A DNA stretch of 63,709 nucleotides, counting the filler, from Kipferlia bialata (lineage: Eukaryota), in the NCBI GenBank assembly GCA_003568945.1. It is 7 parts of 5 records of this genome, joined end to end, with 100 filler letters (N's around TTAATTAATTAA, not from the genome) between each part and the next. Parts side by side here need not be neighbours in the genome. Positions count along the whole stretch, not along the records: positions 14,518 to 20,855 come from BDIP01000054.1; positions 20,956 to 33,367 come from BDIP01000054.1; 5 more parts are not named here. One strand, 5' to 3'. The translations under genes were made by a program, and so were the position numbers. The notes under the pieces were generated by a model. That model had not been told where the DNA came from. It ran no database searches and saw nothing but the letters and a program-made list of their open reading frames with translations. This document shows, piece after piece, positions 14,418-28,068 of the stretch (position 1 is its first letter; each line of letters starts with the position of its first letter).

Positions 14418-14517
14418 NNNNNNNNNNNNNNNNNNNNNNNNNNNNNNNNNNNNNNNNNNNNTTAATTAATTAANNNNNNNNNNNNNNNNNNNNNNNNNNN
14501 NNNNNNNNNNNNNNNNN
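14418..14517. other. Artificial assembly gap linker N44-TTAATTAATTAA-N44
   Basis: Exactly 100 nt with a six-frame stop core; identical at all six gaps. Confidence 0.97.
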
Positions 14518-14545
14518 CTGTGTCCTTTGGTGACACCACCGACAT

Positions 14546-14583
<38 letters not shown>

Positions 14584-14596
14584 CCTTAACTGTCAG

Positions 14597-15652
14597 GTTG
14601 GCCTAGCCGCTGTGTCCTTTGGTGACACCACCGACATGGGTGACATGCTCATGGACCATGGCAGTGAGGGGAGTGAGGATGGGAACAGGATGATGGACCA
14701 GGAGGAGCAGGTGTGTATAGGAGTGTATATATATAGAGAGAGAGAGAGAGAGACGAGGGTGGCAACAGGAATGATGGACGCTGAGGAGAAGATGAGTATA
14801 AGAGTGTGTATATCCCCCCTCCTCACCCCCCAGACCAACTGGCAGATGCTAATCAATATATATATATATATTTATGTATATATGCAATATAAATAAATAT
14901 CCCCCCCTCACCCCCAGACCAACTGGCAGATGCTGGTGGAGAATGCATCGGGGTGTCTGTGGAACATGACGCAGGTATGGGGGATACAGATAGAGTATAT
15001 ATATACTGTATGATGTAATGAGTCACATTTACATGTATATATAAATATATACATATATATATATATGCATCGGGGTGTCTGTGGAACATGACGCAGGTAC
15101 AGGGGATGCTATATGTATAGATATATGTGTGTGCAGATAGATAAATGCTGATAGATATATATAGATCGATAGGGTGGAACATGACCCAGGTACACGGTGT
15201 AATATGTATATATATATTTATATGTGTTCATTCTCTCAATATACATACCACTATAATATGTATATATATATATATATATGTATACACATCATACCCTTCC
15301 CCCAGGACGAGGCCGGAACTCTCCTATCAATGTATATGTTCATTCCCTCTGTACATATCACTATAGTATACATGATAGATATACATGTATATACATATAC
15401 ACTCCCCCCAGGACGAGGCCGGCACTCTCCTGGCTCTAGTATTCATATATATCAGTGGATATATGTATGTATACCAGTATGAGTATGCATCTATCTATAT
15501 ATCTCTATATACATATATATATATACACTAACTGTAGGACGAGGCCGGCACCCTCCTTGCCGTTGAGCATGGGGTGATAGATGAGCTGGCCCTCCTCCTG
15601 TGCCCACAAGTGCTCAGGGCCAGTGACGCGGTGGAGCTCACAGGTGTGGATG

Positions 15653-15688
<36 letters not shown>

Positions 15689-17663
15689 GCGACACAGTCA
15701 GTGCCATATATATACGCAGTCTCACTACTCCTTGGTAGTGATGATGAGCTCACAGGTACATGTGTATGTATTAACGCAGTGGAGCTCATAGGTATTTGTA
15801 TTTTCTATTACATATATATGGTATCGCTACTCCGTGGTAGTGATGCTGTGGAGCTCGCAGGTATATGGTGAGATCGTGCGTGGTATTGGACGCTCTCCAT
15901 ATAATCCCTCTCTCCCCCTCTACCCTCACAGTCACTAACCCTCCAGGCATCCATCCCCCACACACCCTGGACCGTGTGGTGTGTCCCCTTGTCTGTGGGG
16001 CAGGACTGGAGAACATCAGCGGGGCACTCTGGAACATATCAACAGTCAGACAGGTATGCGTAGTGATGTGTTGTGTGTATATTCCAGTCTATGGTCAAGT
16101 ACATGATACTTCTCATGATAGGCCCGTGCCCACTGCCGGTCTGCCCATGTCCTTGATACCATCGTGCACATGCTCATGCCTAGTCAGTGCCCCCTGGTCG
16201 AGGTGCTCACCAAGGTGGGTTGTATATGTATATCTATATATATATATATATCTATCTATTACAATATATATTACTAATATGTTGTCTAGTGCCCCCTGGT
16301 CGAGGTGCTCACCAAGGTATGTACACTGCATACCACATGGTATTTTACTACTACACTGGCGAAAGGGTCACGAGTGTATATATACCCCATGGTGTTTAGA
16401 TTGTATATACTTCCCCTTACCCCCAGGTCACCCTCGCTGGTGAGACAGAGAGGGAAGGGGAGAGAGAGAGGGAGGGAGACACAGCTGCCCACCTGTCCCT
16501 CACCCTGCAGACAATACTAGGTGGGTAGTGGGTTTACATATGCACATATGCATGGTCAGAGATATGGATATACTCATGTTGTAACCTCAATATGACCTCT
16601 CTCCCATTCGATACTTTTAGTATATTCCCCCCAACCCCAGGAGCCTGTCTGTCCCCCCCTACCATCACAAACCTCACGGGCTGCATAAGGTGAGGGTGCA
16701 TGGAGCTGTCTATGCATATAGCGCTGGGGCACAACTCATGGTACTGTTACGTCTTGGATTGTCTGACTTGCCCCTCACCCCCAGGAACCTGTGCATCAAC
16801 GACACCAACAAGCATGCTCTGCTGAAGCTAGGGGGGGTGCACTGTCTGTTAGGTAGGGCAGGGTGGATGTATAGATGTGTATATATGTGTAGTTGAATGA
16901 GAGAGTATGGTTGAAACAACTGGGGGAGAGGGGGGGGGGGGTTGCACTGTCTGCTAGGTAATTTAGAATATCTATCTATTTCATTACAGGCATATACCCC
17001 CTCTCACCCCCCAGGCATGGTTGCTGATAGATACGGTGTGCCCCACCGATACAGACTGACAGACACAGACGGGGAGGGGGAGGCTACCCCGCCCTCTGAT
17101 GACTCCCTCATCCTGTACACATCATCCCTGTCAGACGTGTCCAATGAGGTATGGGGCTCTCTTACATATATTGATATACATACTTCTTGTGTATTGCAGT
17201 GTACACATCATCAGTCTCTCTCTATATGAATATATATCCGTACACATGTATAGTGTCATTCACCCCCAGGCCATTGGCTATGCCCTTCCCTCATTCATAG
17301 CTCTCTCTCTCACTATATATATATATATATGTATCCATACACATATATAGTGTCATTCACCCCCAGGCCATCGGCTATGCCCTGGCTGCTCTGTGGGTCA
17401 TGTCAGTGCTGCCAGGGCCAGCGCTCAGGTATCAGATGTGTATATACATAGACACATGTGTATATACTGATTGTCGCTAGGCTTTGGTATCATTCATATA
17501 CAACCCAGCCCCCACCTCCAGCCGTGTCTGAGTCCCTCCACTCTATATGCATACATTCATAGTATTTTAGTAATTCAATACCATATGGATATGAGTTTCA
17601 ATTGCCATCCCACCCCCAGCCTGTCTGAGTCCCTGTCCACCCTATATATATATAGTCTCTCTA

Positions 17664-17694
<31 letters not shown>

Positions 17695-19352
17695 GTTAAT
17701 TACCTCCCAATCCTCTCCCACCCCCTAGCCTGTCTGAGTCCCTGTCTACCATCAGTATATATAGTCTCTCTCTCTCTCTCTCCCTCTCTCTCTATATATA
17801 TACATACCCGTTACCTCACCCAGCCTATCTGAGTCCCTCCCCACCCTGACCTCTCTCCTCCATGCACCCTCTCTAGATAGGGGGGTGGGACTGTCCCCTC
17901 TGCTGGGGGCACTGAGGAACAGCATACTACCAGGGTATGATATTGTTATGTGTGTATATATTGGGGAGAGAGTATATACTGAGTATATCGCTGGTGGGGG
18001 CACTGAGGAACAGCATACTACCAGGGTATGATATTGTTATATATATATATATATAAGGAGAGTGGTATATAGGGAGAGAGAGTATATATTGAGTATACCT
18101 GCTGGGGGGAACAGCATACTACCAGGGTACGGTGTATACACTATAGTGTATACAGATACAGTATTTGTACCCCCAACCACACCCTCCCCACCCTGTCGCA
18201 TTTGTAATAAGAATATATAGAAGTATGGATAGTAACAGTGTATACATACACTCACCCCAGCCACACCCTGCACTCCCAGTAGTGTGTATAGTGTATTTGA
18301 ATATGATTAGTTACAATGTATACACCCTGACCCCAGCCACACCCTCCCTACCCCTGCTCTGCTTGATGGCATATCCAGACACCTGGCCATCCTATCCCTC
18401 GACAAGGAGGAGGAGAGGGAGAGAGAGAGAGAGGAGGGCAGGGAGAGAAGGGCCACCCCACAGGCAACAGACTCAGAGACAGACGACCCGCTCAGGTGTG
18501 TACTATGTGTATGTTCCCTGCTATGTTCCTCTGTATGTCTTTGGTGTCCATACTCCCATATCCCTCACCCCCAGGTTTGCCCTGGCAGCAGGTGCAGCCT
18601 GTCTCGCAGTCTTCACAAGGTGGGTAGAATGACCTGTACTATATATGTAGTTTACATGTATTTGTATCCTCTCACCCTAGACTACCTTGTGGTCGACCCA
18701 TTGTCTACGTATATCTATATATGTATTTGGTGTACGACCGTCGGTTATGCTGCAATATATATATATACATCCCACCCCAGGCGTTCCACCGAGTGGTCCA
18801 CCCTGTCTGACCCCCTGCGTGTGTCTCTGTCCACCCTCCTGTCCCATGCCCTGGAGGGGGCACAGGCCATAGGGCACGGGGAGGGGACGCCGTTCGAGCA
18901 GGTGTGCCATTTGTATATAGTATACTAGGAATGAATGGATATACAGTATATATGGTATGTATGTATGGTTACAGGCCATAGGGCACGGGGACGGGACACC
19001 GTTTGAGCAGGTACTCTATGATATACGTGTATACATATACCTATGTGTATGTACATATATATATGTATATCCTCACCCCCAGGCCCAGGTCCGTGACCTC
19101 GTGGGAGTGGTGAGGGAGATTGCATCAGGTCCACTCTGCCCAGTGCTCAGGGGGAGGTATGGCAGTGCATGTGTTATATATTCATCACATGTATGTCCTC
19201 ACCCCAGCGTCCCCTCCATCCACTCCCTGTCTGCCATACCCGGTGTATCTAAGGGTGTCACCAGGGCCCTCAAGGCCATGGCTGTGTCATCCTCCAGTGC
19301 ACTCAGGGAGGAGGCACTCCCATACACACACAGGGAGAGGGCAGAGGAGTAG
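14597..19352 (+). CDS. Armadillo-repeat protein, 5' incomplete
   Basis: Spliced exons give ARM helix-3-like motifs LVENASGCLWNMT, LENISGALWNIS, NLTGCIRNLC, YALAALWVMS and LLGALRNSI; stop after ...RERAEE. Confidence 0.7.
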
Positions 19353-19810
19353 ACACAGGGAGAGGGAGACACTATTAGGGGTGTCACTCAGTTAGTTGCC
19401 TGAGAGATGTAGTGTATCGTCAATATATGTATGTATAGCAATGTGGTATCTGGCTAGAGTCAACGAATTGTCTCAAGCACGCGTATTGGTTGAATCTTTC
19501 GTGAAGAATGGTGTATTGCATGTGTCAGTTGGTCACTTTTGGGGCTGGAAATGAGCATGAAAAGGGTTTAGCATTTTTGGGTAGCATTATTTTGGTGGAA
19601 TGATTGTTGTAATCCAGGGTACCCAAAGAGTGTCTTGGAAACTGCCTTGTCACTGTGAAACGGACAAAGGGAGCCGAATTCCAAGGATGCCTCTGCTCTA
19701 CACACACACACTGGAGAGCCGGGTAGACGTGTGTAACTGAGGTAGAGACTAGTATTGAGAGACACATCCTAGTGAACCATTGTAGAGCCTGATAGAGTGT
19801 GCTTGAGTGT

Positions 19811-20802
19811 ATGCAGCCGAACCAGAGTAGCTATGCCGTCGGAGGGAGCCGCGGCCCCACGCCCAACCCAGGCCAGCCCCTGCTCCCTGACCCTGCCTCC
19901 CCATTAGAGGTAGGGGTGCCCCTGGAGCAGACACCGCTAGGTAGGGAGTGTGTGCATATACATACACACAGCACTGGTTGCATCACTCTCGGTGTCAATC
20001 TATAATTACAAAATACATACCGTAACTGATGGTACCGGACACTGCATTCCATATACGTCTACTAGCTGGTGCGTTAGGCAGAGGGAGTGTGTGTAATGGT
20101 TATTTATATACCTCTTGTTGTTGCCTTATACTTCTTTCCCATTTGCGCCCACCCTTCATATTTCTCAGTACCCACTCAATCACAGCAGTGCATCACACAT
20201 CATCCTCCCGACTAGCTCTCTCACTCTTGCATACCATTCAGCCGTTCAACTCTCTACCGTTTTGCCCCAGTGGCCTATCTTCCTCTCTCTCTCTCTCTTC
20301 ATCCCATTCTTCATGATGCCTTATAGGTTACTCATTCCGTGGTATATCTCTCCGTATGTCTCGATACATCTGCCTCTAGAAGCCCATGCATTAACCCCAT
20401 CCTGACATATGCTTGATCTCTCTCTCTGTGTAAGTATGAGTGCACTCCATAGGATATATCTAAATCCCCCTGACCCCCAGGCATGCTGGACCCCATGAGG
20501 CTGAGTGCATCACCCGGCATGCAGTACCCAATGGGTGAGTGGTGGATAGGATATATATATGATGTGTCATTAGGACCCAGTCCTCCACCTCCTTGTATTG
20601 CTCACAGTCTCTCACATACACCCCATGCCCCTTACCATCTCTATGTCTCTGTCTCTCTCTCTCTCCTAACCCCCAGGCATGTCCCTTGACCTCTGGGACC
20701 ACTCCATGCAGGGGTCACACTCACTCCCTCCCATGCAGGCACAGGTATATATATATTCCGTACAGTATATACTGTTATTCTCCTCTCTCATTCTTTCTGC
20801 TC

Positions 20803-20849
<47 letters not shown>

Positions 20850-23800
20850 ACACGCNNNNNNNNNNNNNNNNNNNNNNNNNNNNNNNNNNNNNNNNNNNNT
20901 TAATTAATTAANNNNNNNNNNNNNNNNNNNNNNNNNNNNNNNNNNNNNNNNNNNNTAGACGCAGATGTGCTAAGATACTTCATACTACCCCCCCCCCCTC
21001 TTTACCCTCTGACCCCAGGGCCATCCGGGGCGGCATGGGCGTGTTCCACTCATCACTGCCGGACTCAGCGAGGTAAGGGGGTACTTCACGTAGTGTATGC
21101 CAACAGTACCAGTCTGTCCACATTACCATGTTGTTCTGACCCTCACCCATAGGAAGTATGTGACCCAGCCCAATCTCAACACCCCTCTCAACACACCCCT
21201 TAATGCACACCCCCTGGGGTCAGCAGAGACCGGGTCGGGTGAAGGCAGTGCCACCGATATGCTGTCCCGCAGTGTGTACACGTGTGTGGGGGAGACCGAT
21301 GGAGAGACACAGCGTCTATACAACGGGCCGGGTCTGATCAGGACCGACCCCAACGTGGTCATTGCCTTCATGCAGTGTGTCACCAGCAGAGAGGTAGTGC
21401 CTGGGGCACAGTACATCAAGGTGGGGATGGAGTAGTCTGTATAGTATTCATATTCTCTTACAACCCTTCTCTGTCTAACCCCTAGGACCTCATGGCCCTG
21501 ATGCGCATCCTGGACCTATTGGCGGAGAACTACCCAGGTATGACCTCTCTCTCTCCGCCTCCCGTCCTTACGATCACACCCTCGGTCTCACCCCAGGCAT
21601 TGACAAGATCAAGGGCTCCGACGGTTGTATGATCATGAGGTGAGCGGTGGAGTCGCCATGTCACTGACTCTTCCATTGATACCCCTCCATATTTATCACA
21701 TATTCATATATATATGTGTGTATACTTGTATAATACGTACACACCTTACCCCCCACCCCCAGGTGTGCTTCTAGGCTTGACATGCCTGCCTCTGACCCCC
21801 ACTGTGAGGCTGCCAGGAAGGCATACCAGTACGACTGTAGGCAGATGGTGCAGTTCTGCCTCTATGCCTCCCTGGTACGTTGACCCTATGTGGCTGCCCA
21901 ATATAGCTATTCTTTAGTTCTACATTTGGAGGCGAGGTATATCCGATTGTGTGTTGTTCTCCGTCCTGACCGCTAGGCCGTGGCCAAGCTGAGCAAGAAG
22001 GGCATCGAGCTGAGCACAATAGCAGGCATCAGGTGGGAAATAATGTAGTATAGATTGTGGGATTCTTTGCGCTATTCACCTCTCTTTCATCCCATTAACC
22101 CCCAGGTGCGGCATATCCAGTGGCAGTGTGACTGGTGGTGTCCTAGGCAGCTACGAGCTCATGTACGACGTGTTTGGAGACACAGTCAACACAGCAGCTA
22201 GGTGTGTAAGTCTAGGGGTATACCTATACCTATATCTATTTCCCTTGTGTCCCCCTCTCTTCTGACTCTTACTGACCCCCCAGGCTGATGTCTCTGGCCG
22301 ATGTGTGGGATGTGCTTGTCACAGACAGAGTGGCCACTGCTGTCACAACCATCACAGACTACTCGGCCTCCCCCTACGCCCACCACTCCCACGTCCACAT
22401 CATCCACACCCCCCCTGCCTCAGTCCACCTCAAGGGCAAGGGCGTGTCCAGGCTCAGGAGACTCACTGTGGCAGCTGAGAGCCTGCCCCACATGTCTAGG
22501 TTCTGTGAGGTATGCATGGATACATATCTACCTACAGCTCTCTTTGTCACTGACGTGATCCACCTCTGTGTACTACGGTACCTCGTACTCTCTCTATCCT
22601 ATGCCCACCCCAGGTGTATGTGGACATGATACTCAAGGGGTTTGACTCCACCACCACCTGGAAGGAGAAGGTGGGTGGAGCCATCATGATGCAGCGTCTA
22701 TATGTATATATATATATATATCTAACCCCAGATCATGATGCAGATGGCCATTGATACTCTCTCTCTCTCTCCCCCCCTATCTATCTATCTGTCTATCTGT
22801 GTATCTATCTATATATACACCTCTACCCCCAGATCATGATGCAGACTGCCATGCACTATCCCTCCAAGAGAGACCAGGAGAGAGAGAACCAGCACTCAGA
22901 GGCCTCGCCCGACCACATGAAGGTATATATATATCCCAGCCCCTCCCTAACACATCCATCCTGCACTGTCTCTCACCCCCCAGGCCCATCCGTACATGGA
23001 CGACTCGGAGCATGCCACCCTGAGGTCCATCCTGCGCACCCCCTGGAGCGTCATCAGGGCTAGGTGTGTGTGTGTATATAGATAGTCTACACCGGGTCCA
23101 TGTTTTCCTCTGGAATAGTACTAGGCCTAGTCTATCATCTCCCACCCCCAGGTTCGACACGGTCAAGACCCAGGCAGCAACCAGGCTCATTGCATCCACC
23201 TCTAGGAGCCCCTCCCCGCGGTCCCCCAGGGCAGGGGGCATCAGGGAGAGCAGCTCCCGGCCCTCTGCCCTCTCCAATGACCCCTTCCACCGGTCACCCT
23301 CTGCCCCAGCCCTGCAGTCAGGCCAGCAGCCCAGACGGCTACGCGGCATCACCACGGGGTCTATGGTGGCCAGGCTCAGCCCCCTGAGTGGGGATGGGAG
23401 TGAGTCCGAGGACTGGTCTGTGGATGGCCCCTCAGATGAGTCTGGTACCTCAGAGGACGAGAGCAGCGAGGATCTGCTGGATGACTATGACTTCGATGCT
23501 CAGTTGTGGGGCCAGAAGTCCTGGGCCCTCAGGAGTGGGGGTGTGCCTGGGGGGAAGGGGGGTAGGGGACAATCCTCGGACATCCTCGGGGAGATGACAG
23601 AGGGCCTGGACTCGTCCTCAAGGTACACCCAGTCCCACTCTGCTGTTATGCCTGGGTTGTGAGTAGTTACTGGTGTTTCATCATACATTAGTTCATGTAT
23701 TCATACATATACCTCAGCCTCTCACCCAGGTGTGTCTCCTCCGTGGCCAGGTTGGACAACTGCCTCCTCAATGAGCTAGAGGCCATGGACAGGAGCGTCA

Positions 23801-24435
23801 GAGAGGGAACACCCCTCAAGCGCATGGTGCAGCTAGTCAGGCAGCGCACCCCAGGCTACATGGCAGGGGGATCCCCCTCAGACACCCAGTCCGACACGTC
23901 CTCAGACGCATCGAGTGAGGGGGGGCAGGACACAGACGTGGAGGGTGTGCCCTTCAGAGTCCTCATCAGAATGGCGGCCAGGGCTATGTTCCAAGTCTGC
24001 ATGGTGAGTGGTTGTGATACTCTGTTCTCATCACCACCTATGGATGTCATTCTCACCCTCCAGCTTGAGTTTGTGCCAGACTATGGCAAGAACGTGTTTG
24101 TGGCCTTCTCCTGGATAGCCAAGATCCAGCAGAACCACGCCTCGTACTATGTCCTGGGCCACATCCAGGGGGTGGTCCTGCTGGCACTGCACGTCTACAT
24201 AGGGCTCCCATGGGTCAGGTGAGGGGTGTCACATACATACCATCAGTGCACCAATCCCTATCATTGTTTGTGACATTGTATCTCACCCCAGCGCTCCTTG
24301 GTCTCCTGAGGACGCTCTCCCCATATCCATTGCTAACAGGATCATCCTCTTTGTGCTCCTCCTGGTGTCACTGGTACGACCTCCATCTTATGTATCATAT
24401 CCCTGCTACTCTCAGCTGGTTCGTATATATCGATG

Positions 24436-24469
<34 letters not shown>

Positions 24470-27453
24470 CACCCCAGGTCCGCATCCCCTTCATGAGGTT
24501 CACCAGAGACATTGGGGGTGCTGCTGTGGGGTTGATGCTGTCTAAGCAGCTTGATCAGGCCACTTTCTCTACTGATGGCGCTGTGGATGCCGGGCAGGGT
24601 GTGTTGCAGAGTGAGGGGTCTGGGTGTGAGGGGTCAGATGCCTCGGCGGGGTCTGCCTCCTCTGACACTGACTCTGGACACGACAACAGGGCCTACTATG
24701 CAGACCCCTTCAAGGTGGGTGTCCTCCCATCCTGACACATGGTCCAGTGCTGGTGTAGTATACTCTCTGTTACTAATTTCTATGTGTGCTATACTCTCTT
24801 CCGTGGTTCTCCATCAGTCACCATCTCACCCCAGATCACCAAGATGGGCTACCGCATGATGATGGGCGCCGTGGTGACAATGCATGTACGTGTGTGTGGT
24901 ATCTCTAGATATCTCAGCCATTCCAACTCTATATATGTATTACCATACCCCTTGCCCCTTACCCTCAGTGGGCCATGTTCCTCGGTCTGTGTGCCGTCGT
25001 TGTGGTATGTGCCAGCGGCATGACCTCCCACCCAGACCTCACCCTCACTCAGCAGAGCACCTGCAACAACGTGATGTGGGTACGTATTCTGCGAGTGTGC
25101 GCTATTCTTATCGCCACCCCCTCTCACCCTCAGGTTGCTGTGCTGCTACTGCTGCTAGACATGTACACCGCCTACCTCTTTGCCGTGCCCCACCGTGCCT
25201 CCATCCTCCTAGTGGCCATGTGTCTGTGCATGGTACCCCTCGGGTCTGTGGCTGTCAGGGCCAACCAGCAGCTGGGGGCCCTGGTCTACATGCTATGCCT
25301 CGTGGCTGCCCTGGGGGTACTGCAGTCAGTCCTGCAGGTGGGTGAACTGCTCTCTCTCCCTCCTCTCTCCTGTCCATACTCTATAATAGTGATATCTACC
25401 ACCAGGTCGTGTCCCGGGTGCTGGGGACCAGCTTCATGGTGGAGACAGGTGAGGAAGGGCCACTCCCCTCTTTCTTTGTTGCATCAACTTCACCATACAC
25501 CACTTCCTCTCATATTTGTATTTATGGAGCCATTTCCCCCTTACCCTCAGCTGCCACCAAGGTCCTAGTCTCCAGAGTGGCCTCAGGGCGGTTCTTCAAC
25601 AGGTAGTGTGTGTACATACTCACATGCTAGTTTTGTGTGTCTTGTCAACAGTCTGCATGTGCCATCCACTCACCCCAGTGTGCTTGTGTCCAGTATGGGC
25701 CCTGTCTTCCTCAGGTCCTTTGCCTCCATCACAATGTCCCCAGACCAGTCGGCAAAGCTGCTCAGGTATCTCTCTCTCCAACTATCTCTCCGTATCTCTC
25801 ACTGTTTCTATATGGTTGCAAATATATTCTATGCCGCCCCCCACCCCCAGTGAGCTCCAAGTGAGACAGATCACCCAGGGCCTGGATGGGTGTGTGATGC
25901 TCCCCTTCCTACTCAACCCAGACGGGAACGGGGAGGGGGAGTACACTACCTCCCTGGCTGTACAGCCCACCCACACCGGGAGGGGTAGGGTCAGGAAGAA
26001 GACCCCCACAAGGCTCCACTTCTCTAGGGGAGAGACCAGGAGCCATCGTGTCTTCAAGAGGGTTACCGACGCTCTGTTCCGGTATGGCCACCCGTCTGCC
26101 CCCCCTCTGCCCTGGTCTGCTACCATGGAGATGGAGGGGGCGAGTGAGAGCGAGGGGGAGAGCGGCAGTGAGGGTGCTGCTGATGCTGATGCTGGGACAC
26201 CGGAGAAGAGGGTGACTGTAGAGGGTGCCCCCATAGCCGACACCCTCCCTGACTGTATGTGTGCCACTGATGCACAGGACACTGATGCTGATGCAGAGGA
26301 GTGCGTGACTGAGACACCCCCCGCTGACACCCACCCCCTGGCCATAGCAGCCCCCTGCCTCGACATACAGTATGCCAGTGAGGCCGAGCAGGCTCTGATG
26401 CAGGACGCAGACATCGAGTTCTACCCCCTGTGTGTCTACACAAAGCTGGACATAGCCGGCTTCACCGCATACTGTGCCAGACACGGCTCAGACGTCGTCA
26501 TGCTCCTCAACATCATGTGCGTGATAGTGTATTTACCTACCAGTATATATGGGTGTGAGGATGTGCGTGTGTAGATATATGTATGGGCCCTGTCCTACTC
26601 CTGCCCTGCTCACCCCAGGTTCACTGCCTTTGACAAGGTTGTGGACAAGTACGCTGTGTCAGGCGTGGTCAAGGTCAAGACGGTCGGGGACGCATACGAG
26701 CTGATGCGGCCCTTCACCTCAGAGGAGCTGCGGCACTCCAGCCTAGCAGACATCCAGAGTGCTGTGGCTGCAGTGACTAAGGTATGTTTAGATGTCTGAC
26801 ACCCTTACCTACACCCTCTCACAACCCTCACCCTCCAGGCCAGCCAGCAGCTGCTCCATGCCGCCCAGTCGGTGTTCCAGTCCATGGGAGTGTCCCTCAG
26901 CGTGCGGTGCGGAGTGGGCATGGTACGTATTTACCCAGCGATGCTATTATTGCAACTACCCTCTGTATGCATGTCCTCACCCCAGGGCCCAGCCTTTGCA
27001 GGCGTCCTAGGCTTCCTGCGTGTCTCCTACGACATCTTCGGGGCTGCCCCCTCCAGGGCCAGGGCCATGGAGTTCCTGTCCCCCCTGGGCAGAGTGTCTG
27101 TGTGCAGGCAGGTGCGGTGCCTCCTATCCACCATGTCCAGTGACACAGGCACAGGCACAGGGTGCCCCTTCACATTCGGGGCTGAGGTCAAGGGGGACGG
27201 AGGGGGTGTGGGGGAGACCCTGCGCTCGGTGTCTGTAGACGTACCCTCACCCCTCTCCGACGGAGAGAGAGAGAGAGAGAGACTGCAGGCAGCGGCATTT
27301 GCCAAGGCCCGGCGTGTCTTTGACAGGCTGCACCCTGCATCTCAGAGACCCCAGCCCCAGTGGGATATCGAGGGCGTGCATCTCTTCCACAGAGACACAG
27401 GTGCCCCAGGGGGTGAGAGCGTGGGGTACGTCCTGCTGGCCGTCACAGAGTGA
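19811..27453 (+). CDS. Membrane class III nucleotidyl (probably adenylyl) cyclase with two catalytic domains; continuity across gap 20856-20955 unproven
   Basis: Domain 1 has IDKIKGSDG and CGISSGSVTGGVLGSYELMYDVFGDTVNTAARLMS. A hydrophobic multi-TM block lies at ~24000-25760. Domain 2 has TKLDIAGFT, VKVKTVGDAYELM and YDIFG. Confidence 0.85.
20856..20955. other. Artificial gap linker
   Basis: Same 100-nt structure; preceded by poly-C. Confidence 0.97.
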
Positions 27454-27528
27454 TACCACCTCTCCCTACCCTGTCGCTCTCTTCCCCCCATCGCTTTCCC
27501 CTCCCTTACCCCCCTGTTTTAGTTTGTG

Positions 27529-27587
27529 AGGATTCCTGATTTGCCGATGAGGAATCCTAGAGCCCATGTGTCACTTAACACATGGGC
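27529..27587. repeat. Two adjacent perfect inverted repeats
   Basis: AGGATTCCT (27529-37) pairs with AGGAATCCT (27550-58); GCCCATGTGT (27562-71) pairs with ACACATGGGC (27578-87). Confidence 0.85.
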
Positions 27588-28068
27588 ATGTTATATTGTT
27601 TCGTTTGAGTGTTCTTGACCCCTCTAAGTGAGTGGCTTGGAGAGTGTCAATCTATCTATCTAGTATCCAGGATACAGTATGCCCCATACTGTGTCGTCAG
27701 GTAGTCGCATGTATGCATGTATGCATGTATATGTGCGGTGACCCACGCCTAGAAGTCGTTAGTTTGTGTACCAATTAATAGATTTAGTTGATGTATTTAG
27801 TCTTCAGATACCCCGTCATCACATTGTTGAACAATGTGGAGAATGTAGGCAGGATGCTTGGATAATCAAGTATCCATGACACCATACTTCGTATCACAGT
27901 TACTTTGAGATGAGTACTATATTAGTTTTCAGAGACACGACGTCCAACAACCGATACTAGAACCTAATACACAAATTTACGATTCTCTTACGCTGGGATA
28001 TTCAACAATCCTATACGGTAGCTGTCCTTATACAGCCACAGTTCCCTGTCCTTATGTCCCTACCACCC

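Noticed and set aside
14462..14473. TTAATTAATTAA recurring six times
   Set aside because: Always centred in a 100-nt N block; a synthetic six-frame-stop linker, not biology.
14853..15871. ORF-track proteins rich in YIYI/ERER/SLSL here and throughout
   Set aside because: Translations of intronic (TA)n/(GA)n microsatellites or of antisense strands; the real genes are spliced.
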